A DNA stretch of 62,922 nt, counting the filler, from Chrysochromulina tobinii (Eukaryota), in the NCBI GenBank assembly GCA_001275005.1. It is 8 parts of 8 records of this genome, joined end to end, with 100 filler letters (N's around TTAATTAATTAA, not from the genome) between each part and the next. Parts side by side here need not be neighbours in the genome. Positions count along the whole stretch, not along the records: positions 1 to 12,356 come from JWZX01000255.1; positions 12,457 to 23,092 come from JWZX01000257.1; 6 more parts are not named here. One strand, 5' to 3'. Below, piece after piece: positions 10,049 through 22,600 of this stretch. The position numbers were made by a program, and so were the translations under genes. A model generated the notes under the pieces. That model did not search any database, was not told where the DNA came from, and worked only from the letters and a program-made list of their open reading frames with translations. Numbering within the stretch: the first letter of the stretch is position 1; each line of letters begins with the position of its first letter.

Positions 10049-11433
10049 ATGCTGTGCTCTTGGCGGACGAGCTTCATACTGCAGTTGTTGCTTCTGGCGG
10101 CCAACATATTCCCAAGCCAGGGCTTCGCATCCGTAAAAGGCAACGTAATGGCGGTGGCGGAGCATAAGGCGGCGGCGGAAAAACAAGGCGCCCTGGCAGT
10201 CCTTTCTGCGCACCTGTACGCATTCACCTTCGTCCCCGCTGACAACCCCAACGCGTTGACTCAATGGCTGCGACACTACATCCGCGCGATAGGAGTAAGG
10301 CCAGCTCATATCGGGATGGCCATCCTCACGGGGCGCCTCATCCAAAGGCTTGAGCCCACAGGAGCGCTCAATTTGACTCTAGCCGCGCTGCACAGTCATG
10401 GCGTCAGCCGAGGTCAGGTGAATATCATCCGTGGCGCGAACTATTCCGATCTGCTAAAATTGCAGGTTGTCAACGAGCACATCAGCAAAGTAGTGCAGAG
10501 CGATCCGCAGGCGTGGTACATCTTTGCGGATGCAGATGAGCACTTTTACTACGATGGCCCTGCAATGCGCAACCTCACTCAAGCGGTGGCTAAGTACGAC
10601 TGCTTCTGGGGCCTCTTCTGCGACATGCGATCCGCCGACGGCAACATGAGCGAGATGGTTGTCGACGTGCCGGCTGCAATACAGTACCCTGTCGCGTGCC
10701 GCGTGCGCCAGCTCGCGTCGAAAAGCAAGATGCGTTCGAACAAGGTGATACTCACTTCCGCGTCCGGTCGTACCAGACGGGCCTCATTCGCGACTACAGG
10801 AGCCCTCATGCCATCACTGAAACTCGCGACCAGGCGTGCCGATTTCGGGATTGGCACGCCAAAGTTCTAGCCGCCAGGAACAGGACTCACACGGCCCAAT
10901 TTCGGTATCAATGCAGAAGTGATGACCGCCTGCCACACGCGCAGCCACTGCTCCCACCGCCTCAAGATGTGCCGCAGCTCCCCACAGTGTCGGAACCCTC
11001 AGCCGGCGCTGCCTCGCCTCCACCTCCCGTAGTGGTGAATCGCAGCACGATCAGCATGCATGCTTCTAATCGCTCCGCCGGGACACAATGCAGGCCGTTC
11101 TCGGGAACGGTCCGGCATTACACGATGACATACGCGGCCCTGCTCATGACCAAGGATAAGGCCGATTGGGACCTCGCGCATCCACACGCGACATGGACAG
11201 ACAACGCGTGTGGCAATCAAGCCCGTGACGGCGTCTGCCGCGACTACCAGATCCTTTACTCGTGGATGCGCCGACAGAATGAGAGTGCATCGCGAACGCG
11301 GGAGTCGACCGCTGCAACGGAGCGTACGAAGGAAGACAAGATGTGGTGCCCTGACCTGCCGGTATTTCCGTATTGCTTCACTATGAACGAGGTTAGCGCG
11401 CACCACGCCTCTATGTACCATACGGGCTTTTAG
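10049..11433 (+). CDS. Glycosyltransferase-like (GT-A, DxD) membrane/secreted protein with apparent frameshift near 10755
   Basis: Signal-like MLCSWRTSFILQLLLLAANIF; NALTQWLRHY and WYIFADADEHF (DxD-E) typical of GT2-like/GT92-type enzymes. After NKVIL the protein-like sequence continues in the frame of ORF 10696-11433 (FRVRSYQTGLIRDYRSPH). Confidence 0.6.
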
Positions 11434-12356
11434 CGGCGTAAGGACTTCCGTTCGGTTACCGCGTTACGTTTGAGTTCCGTTTGGTTTGACGTCTTGGTCC
11501 TCGTTGCAGGGTATGACGGAAATTTTTCGTGAATATTTTAATCAAATGCTGTTTAAATACGAAACATTCGCACACGCAATCCCGTACGCGCGACGGTCTA
11601 TGTACGGTAGTAAAATGTCGACTCCATGGTCGACTCCCGAGTGAGTTCGTGGCAGTTTCTTAGAGCATAGAGGCAGCGCACACGTGATCATTCTACACAG
11701 AGTAGCGACTAGCGAGATTTTTGTACTTAAACAAGCTAACGAACCAATTGGCGGGACCCCCTGAAGAGTGCGAGGCGCCAGGCGGGGAATCACAGACAGG
11801 GGGAGACCGTAACACCACACCGACTAGAAAAGTTTGCTTTTGGTGACCAGACCATACCTATACACGCACGCACCCTAGGGCCTCAACGTGGTGACCCGAA
11901 CGCGATGGGCGTGTACTACGGTACAGTACAGTCTGCAGTGGTGCACACTAACTAGACCCCCCTTTGTAAGAACCCACACCTCGAACCCCGCTTTCCCGAC
12001 GGGGGGTGGGTTGGGAGGTTTCGTCTCCTTTGCCTATGGTGCTGTCCACGGACGTCGTGGAGGCCACCCTATTGAGGGGGCGATAGCCCTCCCCCCCCCT
12101 TTGGGAGAGGGTTTGATAAGGGTTTGACGTGCGGTCGCGGGCGTGGCTGGCTGGCAGCGGTGGGCGTGGCAGTGGCGGGGCGGGCGGATGTGCGGCGGGC
12201 GGATGTGCGGCGGGTGGATGTGCGGCGGTGGCAGCGGCGGGTGGTGGCAGCGGCGGGCAGCGGCGGGTACTGGCGGGTAACAAGGAGATCGAGCTCGATG
12301 GATCGTCTCGTCGAGTGCCGCGACGAGGGCGCGCGCGCCAATGGCCAGGGCGCGCG

Positions 12357-12456
12357 NNNNNNNNNNNNNNNNNNNNNNNNNNNNNNNNNNNNNNNNNNNN
12401 TTAATTAATTAANNNNNNNNNNNNNNNNNNNNNNNNNNNNNNNNNNNNNNNNNNNN
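12357..12456. other. Artificial contig spacer
   Basis: N44-TTAATTAATTAA-N44, stops in all six frames. Confidence 0.97.
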
Positions 12457-12644
12457 CGGGAAGGAAATCCATGCTGAGTTCCCGGGCGTTGCTGAATGAA
12501 TGGCATCATGCTGATGCTGTGGGACTCTGTACGCTCCTGGCGCGGATCCATCGCCCACTTCGTAAGCACGCACAGGCCAACATGATGCGCGTCGCGTCAA
12601 CGCTCACCGTACAACCAACCGCATGAGGACAACCATACAGCTGC

Positions 12645-12845
12645 GTTCAACACTACCGTTGCATACGTTGCCAACCATAACTACTACATCCAATACCGTG
12701 GCGTACTAGGCCAACCATTTCTACTACGTTCAATGAATTACCGGCGTACTAGGCCAACCATTACTACTACGTTCAACTACGTGGCTACTAGGCCAACCAT
12801 TCTACTACGTTCGACTTTACCGTGGCGTACTAGGCCAACCATAAA
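12645..12845. repeat. Degenerate ~41-nt minisatellite
   Basis: Core gg(cg/c)tactaggccaaccat at 12700, 12743, 12783, 12824 with similar intervening ctactacgttc sequence. Confidence 0.85.
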
Positions 12846-13879
12846 ATCACCATACATCACTACCATTGACGACCGTTCCTTACGACACGTATGAGCTTGT
12901 GATCTTCACATCAAATGTATGATCATTAAGAGCATCCAAACGTAAACTGATTACATGACTGACAAACACTGTTTTTATTCACTCACTTAGAGCGTAACCG
13001 TAAGACGGGACGCTCGGAACAGCCGAGAGCCGAGCCGTGTACCGCGCCCGCCCGCGCATCGTCCGTCCGCTCCCCCCTACGCCGCGCTGCGGTGCTCACG
13101 TCGGCTTTGTGGTTAATGGCAATCCTTCCCTCTATGTCTTTCGACTTTTCCCTTTTTTACATTTTAGCCGAGCATGAGCGCGATGCCGTTTGCCGTGCGC
13201 AAGGTCGACATGAAGGTCGAAGGTGCCACGCGACGCGGCTGGCGCGTGGCGGCACGCTCATCGCCCGAATCGGGCGGGGCAATCAAATGGCAATGCGACT
13301 TGCAATTCGGTGAGCCGAATTGTGTCAGATGTGAGTTGAGTTCGGTACGGGGAAACCACATCAATTTGGCGCTACAACTTGCAGGCATTCGCGGCGAGCG
13401 AGCGCGCGCGCGCGGCACCTATTGCACCAGCCCCTTCAGCCATCGGCGGCTGCCCCTAAAGCCTGCCGAATCAGGGACCTCTCTGCTTGGTGCGATGCCC
13501 TGAAGTGATCCATGCACCCAGCGCCCCATGCCCCGCCCCCCACCATGTGCCCCGCCTCGCACCATGCCCGCCCGCGCCCGAGGAAGCTGTGGGGAATCTC
13601 GCTCATTTCGTTCCCCACAGCCGCCCCCGCCCGAGGAAGCCTGATGAGGCAGCCCATGAACAGTTGGAGCTCGAGCCGCCCTGCGCGCGCATGCGTGTGG
13701 GTACATGCGCGCGGCCGCACAACGGCCGCAGCCTGCAACCCGTCTCTCTCAACGAGGTGCCCAGCTTACAAACCGTCGATCCATCCGCCCCTCCCTCGCC
13801 CCCCCGCCCCATTCTCTCGAGCCGTCGATCCATCCGTCCCTCCCACAACGACACCGCATCGGGATAGCACAAGGCCAGC

Positions 13880-14150
13880 GAGCATGGCCAGTCGCGCCGT
13901 AGTGAGCACGGTCTGTCGCGCCATAGTGAGCACGGCCTGTCGCGCCGTGCGTTTTCCACAGCCCCGCCGCGCCGTCAGCGCGCCCATCACAGCGAGTCCA
14001 CGTCACTTCCTCACAGTGCGCCCATCACAGCGCGCCCATCACAATGTGCCCATCACAGCGCGCCCATCACAGCGCACCCATCACAGCGCGCCCATCACAG
14101 CGCGCCCATCACAGCGCGCCCATCACAGCGAGTCCACGTCACTTCCTCAC
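13880..14150. repeat. Short tandem arrays (24-nt gtcgcgcc(g/a)tagtgagcacgg; 14-nt cagcgcgcccatca) downstream of the coiled-coil gene
   Basis: Read directly from the sequence. Confidence 0.85.
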
Positions 14151-17100
14151 GCGTCCGCCTCCACCAGCTGCCAGCCATCCTCATCGACCATTTCGTCCTC
14201 ACCCTCCTCCTCGCCATTCGGTTCGCCGAGGGCCTCTGTTTCGAGGGCCTCGAAGGCGTGAATATGCGCCTCGATGTCGCTCGCGTCGATCATCTCGAGC
14301 AGGCCGAGAGCGTCCGCCTCCTCCGCATTTGGCGAGCTCGGCCCCTCTCCCTGGATTGCCTCCTCCGCTGCCTCTCCCGCCTCCTCCGCCTCCTCCTCCG
14401 CCGCCGCCGCCTCCTGCTCCGCCTCCTCCTCCTCCGGCGCCGCCGCCTCCTCCGCCTCCTCCTCCGCCTCATCCGCCGCCGCCGCCACCTCCTCCAGGAG
14501 CGCTACCGTCTTTGTAAACGCCGTCCCGAGCACCTCAGCGGCCACGGCATGCGCCAGCTCGGCTACGAACGACGACATTGCTGCCTCCTCCGCCCGCGGC
14601 GGCAGCCTCTCGCACGCTTGCACGCCCGCCTCGGCCTGTGCCACTGCCGCCGCGGCCAACTCGGCCGCCAGCTCATCGGCACCGGCATCCTCCAAGTAGA
14701 GCATCGGGATGGCAAGAATCTCGGCAAGAATCTCCGGAGCGGGCAAGGCAGCACATTCAGGCGATTCCATACCGAAGTGAGATGGGTCTTCGAGCGAGAG
14801 GGACCAGTCGCTGATCGGCTTGATGGCGCCAAGCTTCGGGCTTAACAGGGGGCTCGTCTGGGATGCCACCAGCCCAAACGGCGGCCTGCTGACAGCCATG
14901 GGCTCGCCCACGACGGCGTTTTCGCCCACGACGGCGCGCTCGCCCTTGCGGCGCTCGCCCTCGCGCCACTCGAGCTCGACTTCCTCATTCTGCTTCTGGA
15001 TGCGCCTCCACAGGTCCGTGGACGCGGCGGCGGCGGAGATCGCCTCGTCCACCAGCTGCAAGGCAGACGCTCTCGCGATCACATCGTTGAGGAAGTCGTC
15101 CACCATTTCCTCAGTTGCTTGCCGTTGTTCCTCGAGCTGCTTGTCCTTGAGCCTTGTCAGAAGGCGCTCCGCCTGAGCACACAGGTCACGCACCGCAGCC
15201 TGAGCAGCCGCCTTCTCGGCCGCCGCCTCTTCGGCCGCCGCCTTCTCGGCAGCCTCCTCTGCGACGCTCGCCATGGCCAGTGTGAGTGTGCTTGCCTCAA
15301 ACTCCGCAAGCAGGTCCAAATTAGGCAGGTCGTTCAGGGTGTCTTCCACGAGGGTCTCGGCTACCCCAGCCGAAGCTGCGGCGGAGCGGAATCTCGCGCA
15401 ATCTCGGAGCGTAATCTCGGGGCGTAGTCTCGCGCAGGCGCTCTCATAGGCTGCGGCGGATGCGTCGAGAGCGCCCTTCTCAGACAACCGGTACGACGCT
15501 CGGGCGAGGGCCGCGGTGACGGCGGCCTCGTCGTAGCGGTCGCGTGATGGCGCCGCCTCTGCCGCCGCCTCAACCCCCGCCTCTGCCGCCGTCTCCGCCC
15601 CCGCCTCTGCCTCCGCCTCTGCCTCCGCCGCCGCCCCCTCCTCCTCATTCTCGGCCGCCCCTCGAGCGAGAGTGGCGGCGATCGCCTCAGCGACGACAAG
15701 GGAGGCCGCCCACGCCGCCACCCTCCCGTGAGCGACACTTGCCGTGAGCGCGAGCGCCGAGTCGGTCGCCTCCTCCTCCACTTCCTCCTCCATCTCCTCG
15801 TACACGTCCAGTTCCAGTTCCTCCTTGATCTCCTCCTCCTCAGCCTCCTCCCTCGCCCGACACGGCACCTCCTCATCCTCCTCCTCGTTGTTGTCCTCGG
15901 CAGCCGCCTCCGATCCTGCCACCCTCACAGCCGCCTCTCTCTTCACAGCCGCCTCTCTCTTCACAGCCGCCTCTCTCTTCACAGCCTCCTCTCTCTTCAC
16001 AGCCGCCTTCGCAGCCTCCTCTCGAACGATCTGCCCAAACTCGACCGCCTGAAATTGCATCTCGAGCTGCCCAAACTCGACCGCCTGAGCCAGCTGCCGA
16101 AATTGCATCTCGAGCTGCCGAGGGTGCATCTCGAGCTGCCGAGATTGAATCTCGAGCTGCCAAGGGTGAATCTCGAGCTGCCGAGGGTGCATCTCGAGCT
16201 GCCGAGAGTGCATCTCAAGCTGCCGAGAGTGCATCTCGAGCTGCTCGCAACGCCGGCCGAGGGCCGCATTCTGATCGAAGAGTCCCTCGTGCAGGCCCTC
16301 GCACATGAGCACATGCGCCTGCAGCTCGTGGCTCCGCTGCTCGAGATTGTGGTTACGCTCCTCGAGCATGCAAGCCCGCAAACCAAGGGCGTGGTTACAC
16401 TCCTCGAGCTTGTGGTTACGTTCCACGAGATTGTGATTACGCTCCTCGAGCTCCGCATTGCGCTCCTCCACGAGATTGTGGTTACGCTCCACGAGATGCG
16501 TGCGTAGCTCGAGCGCGTGGTAGCCTTGCTCGAGAGCGCTGTAGCGCAGCTCGAGGGCCTGGTGACGCTGCTCGACCGACCGATTGTGCGCCTCGAGCCG
16601 ACGGTTACGCGCGCCGAGCGCCTCGCACCGGTCCATGAGCGCCGTCTCGGGCGTGTGCTCCTGCTCGGCAGCCTCCTCAGCGCACGCGCATCGGTTGAGC
16701 GCCGTCTCGAGCGCGTGCTCCTGCTCAGCAGCCTGCTCGGCGCACGCGCATCGGAGCTCGGCCGCCGCCTCGGCCGCCTCGTCGGCCGCCTCGGCCTTGG
16801 CCTCAGCCTTCGCCTCAGCCGCCGCCAGCTGCGCACTCAGGGCGATCCGTGCCGCACGCCCCGCCACTTCCGCCGCAAGCACCTCCTGCCGATGCATGCG
16901 AAGCGCCTCCTCGGTCTCACGGAGCTGTCTGGTCAGCTCCGCCTTGTGAGCTTCGAGCATCGTCGTTGCGCCCTCGGCTCGCCTCAAGTGAGCTTGTAGC
17001 TTGAGGCAACGCCGCTCAGAGCTAAAGAGCTGCTGCTCTAGCTCCTTCACGCGCTCGAAGAGCTCCGCCTCCGCCTCTGGCACCTTCGCCTCCGGCCCCG

Positions 17101-18082
17101 CCAGCTCTGGCCCCAGGGTCGGAGGCCGCGGCAGCACGACCGGCGACGGCAGGCCAGCGACAGCCGGCGTGTCCGTTGGCGACCGGGCCGCTGGTGGCTT
17201 GGCGGCCTTTATAGGCTCGACCAGCGCTGGTGGTCGTTGCGCGACCGGCGCCGGCAGAGCAGCGACTGCCGGAGAGTCCATCGGCGAGCGGGCCGCTAGT
17301 GGTTTGGCGCCTTTCATGGGCTCTGCCAGCGTCTCGTCAGCTTCGTCAGAGCGGGCCGCTAGTGGTTTGGCGCCCTTCATGGGCTCTGCCAGCGTCTCCT
17401 CAGCGCCCGGCTCGGGTTTCGTCAGCTTCGTCAGCTTCGTCAGCTCCGCAGCGCCCGGCTTGGGCGCATGCATCAGCATCAGGGGCACGTCGAGGGCGCA
17501 TTCGTACAAGGGCGTGGGCATGCCGGTGTACGGGTTCACCTGCACGGCGCGCTTGCAACCGCCAGCCGCCGCCTGCAGGACAATACGTGTCTGGAGCACC
17601 GACGGACTCACAGGTGCCTCTGGCGTCGTCTGCGCTGCCACGACCGTGGCGACCATCGGCGTGGGATACCAGCGCGTTGGCTCCGTCGTCTGCGTCGCAA
17701 TGGCGTGGCTGACGGGCAGCGGCGGCAGTGGCGGCAGTGGCGGCAGCGCGCTCGGCGCCTCAATGTCGGGTTTAGCGTTGTCGACGTCGTACATGCCCGC
17801 TTCGATGGCATCCCCGTGCTTTTTCCAGTCCTTGCCTTCCTCATCCTCACCTTCAGGGTCGTCGGGCCTCGTGCCCACGGCGGGGGAGATGTGCACCGCA
17901 AAGGATGCGTCGAGTCGGCGTGTGATGGTGGTCTGGAAATAGGATTGAGAAGATGAGGACATCGCCGCCGCGCGCGCCGCCGGGGTCGCCTTTTCCTTGC
18001 GCGTCTTCGCCACATCGTCGATAGCCTTATCCACCATGCTTTTGACCCAGTCAAAGTACTCCTGGTCGAGGTTGGCAGGCAT
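14147..18082 (-). CDS. Large low-complexity coiled-coil/acidic protein, function unknown
   Basis: 1311-aa ORF; 21-nt heptad arrays (LEERNHN, QLEMHSR), AAVKRE repeats, Glu/Ala-rich. Confidence 0.65.
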   Translation of the reverse strand: MPANLDQEYFDWVKSMVDKAIDDVAKTRKEKATPAARAAAMSSSSQSYFQTTITRRLDASFAVHISPAVGTRPDDPEGEDEEGKDWKKHGDAIEAGMYDVDNAKPDIEAPSALPPLPPLPPLPVSHAIATQTTEPTRWYPTPMVATVVAAQTTPEAPVSPSVLQTRIVLQAAAGGCKRAVQVNPYTGMPTPLYECALDVPLMLMHAPKPGAAELTKLTKLTKPEPGAEETLAEPMKGAKPLAARSDEADETLAEPMKGAKPLAARSPMDSPAVAALPAPVAQRPPALVEPIKAAKPPAARSPTDTPAVAGLPSPVVLPRPPTLGPELAGPEAKVPEAEAELFERVKELEQQLFSSERRCLKLQAHLRRAEGATTMLEAHKAELTRQLRETEEALRMHRQEVLAAEVAGRAARIALSAQLAAAEAKAEAKAEAADEAAEAAAELRCACAEQAAEQEHALETALNRCACAEEAAEQEHTPETALMDRCEALGARNRRLEAHNRSVEQRHQALELRYSALEQGYHALELRTHLVERNHNLVEERNAELEERNHNLVERNHKLEECNHALGLRACMLEERNHNLEQRSHELQAHVLMCEGLHEGLFDQNAALGRRCEQLEMHSRQLEMHSRQLEMHPRQLEIHPWQLEIQSRQLEMHPRQLEMQFRQLAQAVEFGQLEMQFQAVEFGQIVREEAAKAAVKREEAVKREAAVKREAAVKREAAVRVAGSEAAAEDNNEEEDEEVPCRAREEAEEEEIKEELELDVYEEMEEEVEEEATDSALALTASVAHGRVAAWAASLVVAEAIAATLARGAAENEEEGAAAEAEAEAEAGAETAAEAGVEAAAEAAPSRDRYDEAAVTAALARASYRLSEKGALDASAAAYESACARLRPEITLRDCARFRSAAASAGVAETLVEDTLNDLPNLDLLAEFEASTLTLAMASVAEEAAEKAAAEEAAAEKAAAQAAVRDLCAQAERLLTRLKDKQLEEQRQATEEMVDDFLNDVIARASALQLVDEAISAAAASTDLWRRIQKQNEEVELEWREGERRKGERAVVGENAVVGEPMAVSRPPFGLVASQTSPLLSPKLGAIKPISDWSLSLEDPSHFGMESPECAALPAPEILAEILAIPMLYLEDAGADELAAELAAAAVAQAEAGVQACERLPPRAEEAAMSSFVAELAHAVAAEVLGTAFTKTVALLEEVAAAADEAEEEAEEAAAPEEEEAEQEAAAAEEEAEEAGEAAEEAIQGEGPSSPNAEEADALGLLEMIDASDIEAHIHAFEALETEALGEPNGEEEGEDEMVDEDGWQLVEADA

Positions 18083-18351
18083 GCGGCCCTCCTCGATGGC
18101 TTCGAGCAGCGGTATTGAGCGAGCCTCACTGGTGGCGGCGCGCCACTCGGTGAAGATAGGGCGGAGAGACTGCGCGCGCGTGGGAAAACAAATCGCGCGA
18201 GCGCGAGGGCATCGCGATCCGTCCGTCCTAAAATGATTTCGTCAATCCCATGCACACTCTTCACACATCAGCCGACGTTCCGCGTTTTTTCGTGTTCACT
18301 TCGTGAATTGCCTGACACACTTTCCGACGCATAGACGACACGTACAGATTC

Positions 18352-18371
18352 GACTGACTGACTGACTGACT
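18352..18371. repeat. (GACT)5 microsatellite
   Basis: Read directly from the sequence. Confidence 0.9.
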
Positions 18372-18472
18372 CATGTACTGCAGACCCCCACATAGCCCCA
18401 CTCATGAGCCATCTGCTCGCCCGTGCTCCGCGCCTCCACCGTACCAATCGTGTGTGTCGACTGGTGCTCGAG

Positions 18473-19366
18473 TCACGTGCTGGACCCCGTGGGTCGCCAA
18501 TGGGCTAGCCAGGTGCCCAGTGTAGTCTCGCCGACACACAACAACTTTTTCCGTGTGGCCCACACACGGTAGATATCGATGATTCCGTCGGCAGGCTCGG
18601 GGGGGTCGACATTGTTGCAGATCCATTGTCCTACGAGCGCAGCTTGCTCCGCCGCCGGCGTGTCCTGCAAATCACACGTTGCTCTGGTTGCTTTGACTGT
18701 GGCGTACGGCATCTGCGTCAGCAACTGCTTCAGCGTCGTAGGGATGGCGTCAGCGCCACCGCCAATGTGGTGGATCTCGGCGTATTGGCCGGCGCCGAGG
18801 ATGGCTTTGAACTGCCCGAGAGCACGGAGGGACGCAGCTGCATTGAGGTGCGCGGCATTCATCGAGTCGAGGAAAGTGCCCGTCTGCGGCGGCGCTGGAA
18901 AGTAGATGACATCTGCCGCTCCGAGGACTCGCTCGTGCGCCGGCAGTCGAGCGACTGCTTCGGCGAAGTCGATTAGGAAGCAGGCTGCGCGCGTCTCGAT
19001 GGCACCGCCGTGGCGTGCTCCTTTCTTGAGCCCTCCCTCCTCGCACGCTTTGCGAAGCAAGCCACCGAAGAACTCGAGTCGGACCATGAAGTGAGCAGAG
19101 CCGTCCGCGAGCGCGGCGTCCGCCGTGACGCCCGACAGCAGCGTAAGCCAGTCAACGAGGAGCTGGTGGATGGCGTGGTGCTCTGAAGGTTCCAGGCCGA
19201 GGGCCTCGACCAGAATGTGGACCGGCTGGAACCCATGTTGGAATAGCCCAGCCGATCGCTCGATGATTTCAGCGTCGCCCGCAGGGTTTCCAACGTACTC
19301 GAGATGGTACGTCCTCAAGTCCGAAGACGAGATGGTTTCAGCGCCGAGTGCGTGTGCGTGTGCCAT
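18473..19366 (-). CDS. Hypothetical protein (possibly a truncated mobile-element ORF)
   Basis: About 297-aa intronless ORF from MAHAHALG with globular composition; no recognised motif. Confidence 0.5.
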   Translation of the reverse strand: MAHAHALGAETISSSDLRTYHLEYVGNPAGDAEIIERSAGLFQHGFQPVHILVEALGLEPSEHHAIHQLLVDWLTLLSGVTADAALADGSAHFMVRLEFFGGLLRKACEEGGLKKGARHGGAIETRAACFLIDFAEAVARLPAHERVLGAADVIYFPAPPQTGTFLDSMNAAHLNAAASLRALGQFKAILGAGQYAEIHHIGGGADAIPTTLKQLLTQMPYATVKATRATCDLQDTPAAEQAALVGQWICNNVDPPEPADGIIDIYRVWATRKKLLCVGETTLGTWLAHWRPTGSST

Positions 19367-19659
19367 TCTAGGTGACACTAGGGCCCGTGGAAGAGGCGCG
19401 CACGCGAGCCCTCCTCGTGTGCAGTCGGGAGCGCGCACGACAGTCCACGCTCGAAACTTGTACGCTCTTTTTGTGGGTCGTCGCGCGGCGCGGCGCGCGC
19501 GCATACGAGGCCCATCCAGCATCCAAAACTTATACTCTCCGTGTGATGTCGAGCTTTTCATTTGCGTTATTGAACGCGCCGCGGTGTGGATGCTTTCGCC
19601 GTTGGCTGATTACGGGGTCGACCCTGTCCACGCGCCCGCCGAACTTCTTCGCCCTCGTC

Positions 19660-22600
19660 ATGCCACCGCTCGATCAAATTACAATTTCTTCACCAGGCGC
19701 CCGCGCCCACCAGTCCCTACCACCGGGCCTGCCCGTCGCCAACCAAGTCGCATCGTCTGCGATCACAACTGGCCCTGCCCCACGTGGCCAGCTCGCAACA
19801 GGCGCGAGCACATTCACGTCGCCGGATCTTATGAGGGTGGAAGCTCACCACCGCAACAATGACACCATCCCTCTCCTCACCACCATGCCGGTGCCGGCAA
19901 ACTGGTCGTCGATCCAATTTGTGCATTCGATCAACATCATTCCGCATCAGCGTGAAGGAGGCAATGCTGAACACAATCCGTTCGTTCTACCCATCGCCGC
20001 CGGCCTGGCCACTGCGACGAACCTCGCCGGCCTGCTGCGCCGTGAAATTCTCTACCCGTACTGCGCCCACCGCGTGGGCGTCTCCGTGAACAGCCTCGCT
20101 GCCGACGACATGTTCTCCAAGATCTTCCCCAGCGGGCAATCGGCGTTCATTGCTGCGAAAGACCGCGGCAAACCGACGGGCCTCTTCATCGTGCAGATCG
20201 CGCCCGGGTACGTCCAAGAGATCGCCTTGTTCCTCTCGCGGCACGCACTCGGCTTCCTTGTCACGGTCGACCAGGGCGAATTCGCCACCTCCTACAACAA
20301 GGCGGTAGCCATCGAGCGCAAGATCATGGGCCAGGACGTGTCAGTTGCCGAGGTGGCGCGCGCCATCTACAAGATGACGGGCTTCGTTGCCACCGTCCTT
20401 TACGACCGCAATTACTTCGACCACCACATCTTCGCGTTCGAGGTCGATCAGCTTGCACATCGCGTCTACATCCGGTGCAACGGCGGCGAGGACTCGATCA
20501 TGCTGGCCGGCGTCGCAAGGCCCATCTTCGACTACGGGCAAAGGGTGGTCCGCCACAAGTTCTCCATCGCGGGCCCGGGCGGGATCGGCTACTTCGACGA
20601 GCACGTCAAACAGCAGATTGCGAATCGCATCTGCTGCAATCCGAACACGATTGACGCCAAGATATCCGACGTGGCCCTACCCGGAGCCAATCTCTTTGAC
20701 ATCGAGGTCGACTTCTCCCAGCTGACACTCCACCAGCTCGCCATCATCATCGGCCAGGGCTGCGTTCGTATCCCGTACAGGGACCTTCCCCACCTCTCCA
20801 CCATCCTGACGGTCACGCAGGATGCAAACCAGATGCAACTGCTCCAAAACTTTCAGATGCTCAGACCCGTCCGCGACGCCTCAGCCGCAGCGGAGATCGG
20901 CGGGGCGCCGTTACAGATCGCGGCGAACACCACTACCCGTGCTATGCTTCGCCTCGCCATCGACGACGAGGTTGCCCTCCTGCAGCATGCTGCTCGCCCG
21001 GCGCAATCGAGCGTGACGGGGCCGCCGCCGCCGACCGCTCCGCTCCCGCTCCATGCGGTGGCGCCCGCGACCCCGCTCGCACCGCCTGCGCCGCGCAGGC
21101 TGGCGCAGACCCCGCCCGGCTTATCGACACACGTCCGTGCCGTCGATGCGCCTCGGACCCCGGATCAGGTTCTTACGGCGGCCGCCCAGGTCTCGATCAA
21201 CGCCCACGTACTCCTTGGTGCCCTGAAGCACGCGACCACGGACCCCCTATCCACGGAAGACGACCGCGCCGCCGCGAGCGTGGCCTTCGCACAACAGTTC
21301 ATGGCCTACGAAGCGGCTACTGCCGAGTACCAGCGGGTGGCGCTCCTCTCTCCCACCGAGCGTGACGCCGAAGAGCTTCAGCGGCTCGCAGCAGTTGCCG
21401 CCCCGATGGCTCTCTCCACCCCGCCGCCAACCCCGCCGCCACCGACGGCCACCGTCCCGCCGGTGCCTCTCATCTCTACCCCCCCGCTCCAGCTGCCGAG
21501 CTCGGAAGGTACGATGCCCTCCCCCCCTTCTCCTCTCCCATCCCTCCCTCTCACTACACCCGGCTTCGTTCTCTCTACGCAGGGTCATCCGCGTGAGGGC
21601 GGAGCGGGCGACGCGGCTCTCGATGAGAGCTGCAAGGGTAGCAGTCTCGCATGCGAGCCGGTGCGAGAGCAGAGAGAGGAGGAGGAGAGAGAGAGAGGAG
21701 AGGGAGTCGAGACTGAGGCACTGCACTTTGCCCCGGAGGCACAGACGAAGCCGGAGGACAGCGGACCTGGGGGAGGCTCTGCAGCGGGGGAAGAGGCCGA
21801 ATCGTCGCCGTACGCCGATGTAGGTGGCGGTGCAGAGGAGGAGAACGGCGGCGAGTTACCGCACATCGATGACGCTGTGAGAAACGACAGGCCAGGTGGG
21901 CAGTATGAGGAGGTATGGTTTGACGTATACGAGAGAGAATGGAATGAGAGTCGGCGCATGGTCACATATATCGGCCGGGTGTACGCATCCTGTGCCTCCC
22001 GCGTCCGACGTAAGCCCGCCTCCCGCGCCAGCCCCGCCGCCGCCCTGGCCGCCGCGCTTGCTGTCACTCCAGCCCTCGTCCCTGACGTCAGATCGGCTGC
22101 TACTCATGCCCCCGCCGCTCGAGCCTCTGCCGCCTCCGCCTCCGCCCCTGCCCTCACCGCCCCAGCCATCGGCTCGACCGCTGCTACCGTCCCCCTCGCC
22201 GTCGCCCCTGCATCCTCCGCCTCCGCCACCGCCGCCCACGACGACGCCACCCCCGCCCTCGTCACCGCTGCCCGAGCTGCAGCCACACCTCCGGCTCCTA
22301 CCGCCTCCACCGCCGCCGCCCTCGCCCCCCCTGCCGCCGACATCGCCGCCCACGACGGCGCCGCCCACGACGGCGCCGCCTCCACTCTCGCCACTGCCGT
22401 CCGAGCTGCCGCTGCACCCTCCGCGCCTGCCCCCTCGACCGCCGCCCTCGCCTCTCCTTCCCTCGCACCCGCTGCCCTCGCCGACGTCGTCCTCACCGCC
22501 GCCGCCCTCGCCCCCCCTGCCGCCGTCATCGTCGCTTATGACGGCACCGCCCACGACAGCGCCGCCTCCACCCTCGCCACTGACGTCCGAGCTGCCGCTG

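Noticed and set aside
12645..12845. CRISPR-like array (19-nt core at ~41-nt spacing)
   Set aside because: Intervening sequences resemble each other, the context is eukaryotic and no cas genes are visible; it is a degenerate minisatellite.
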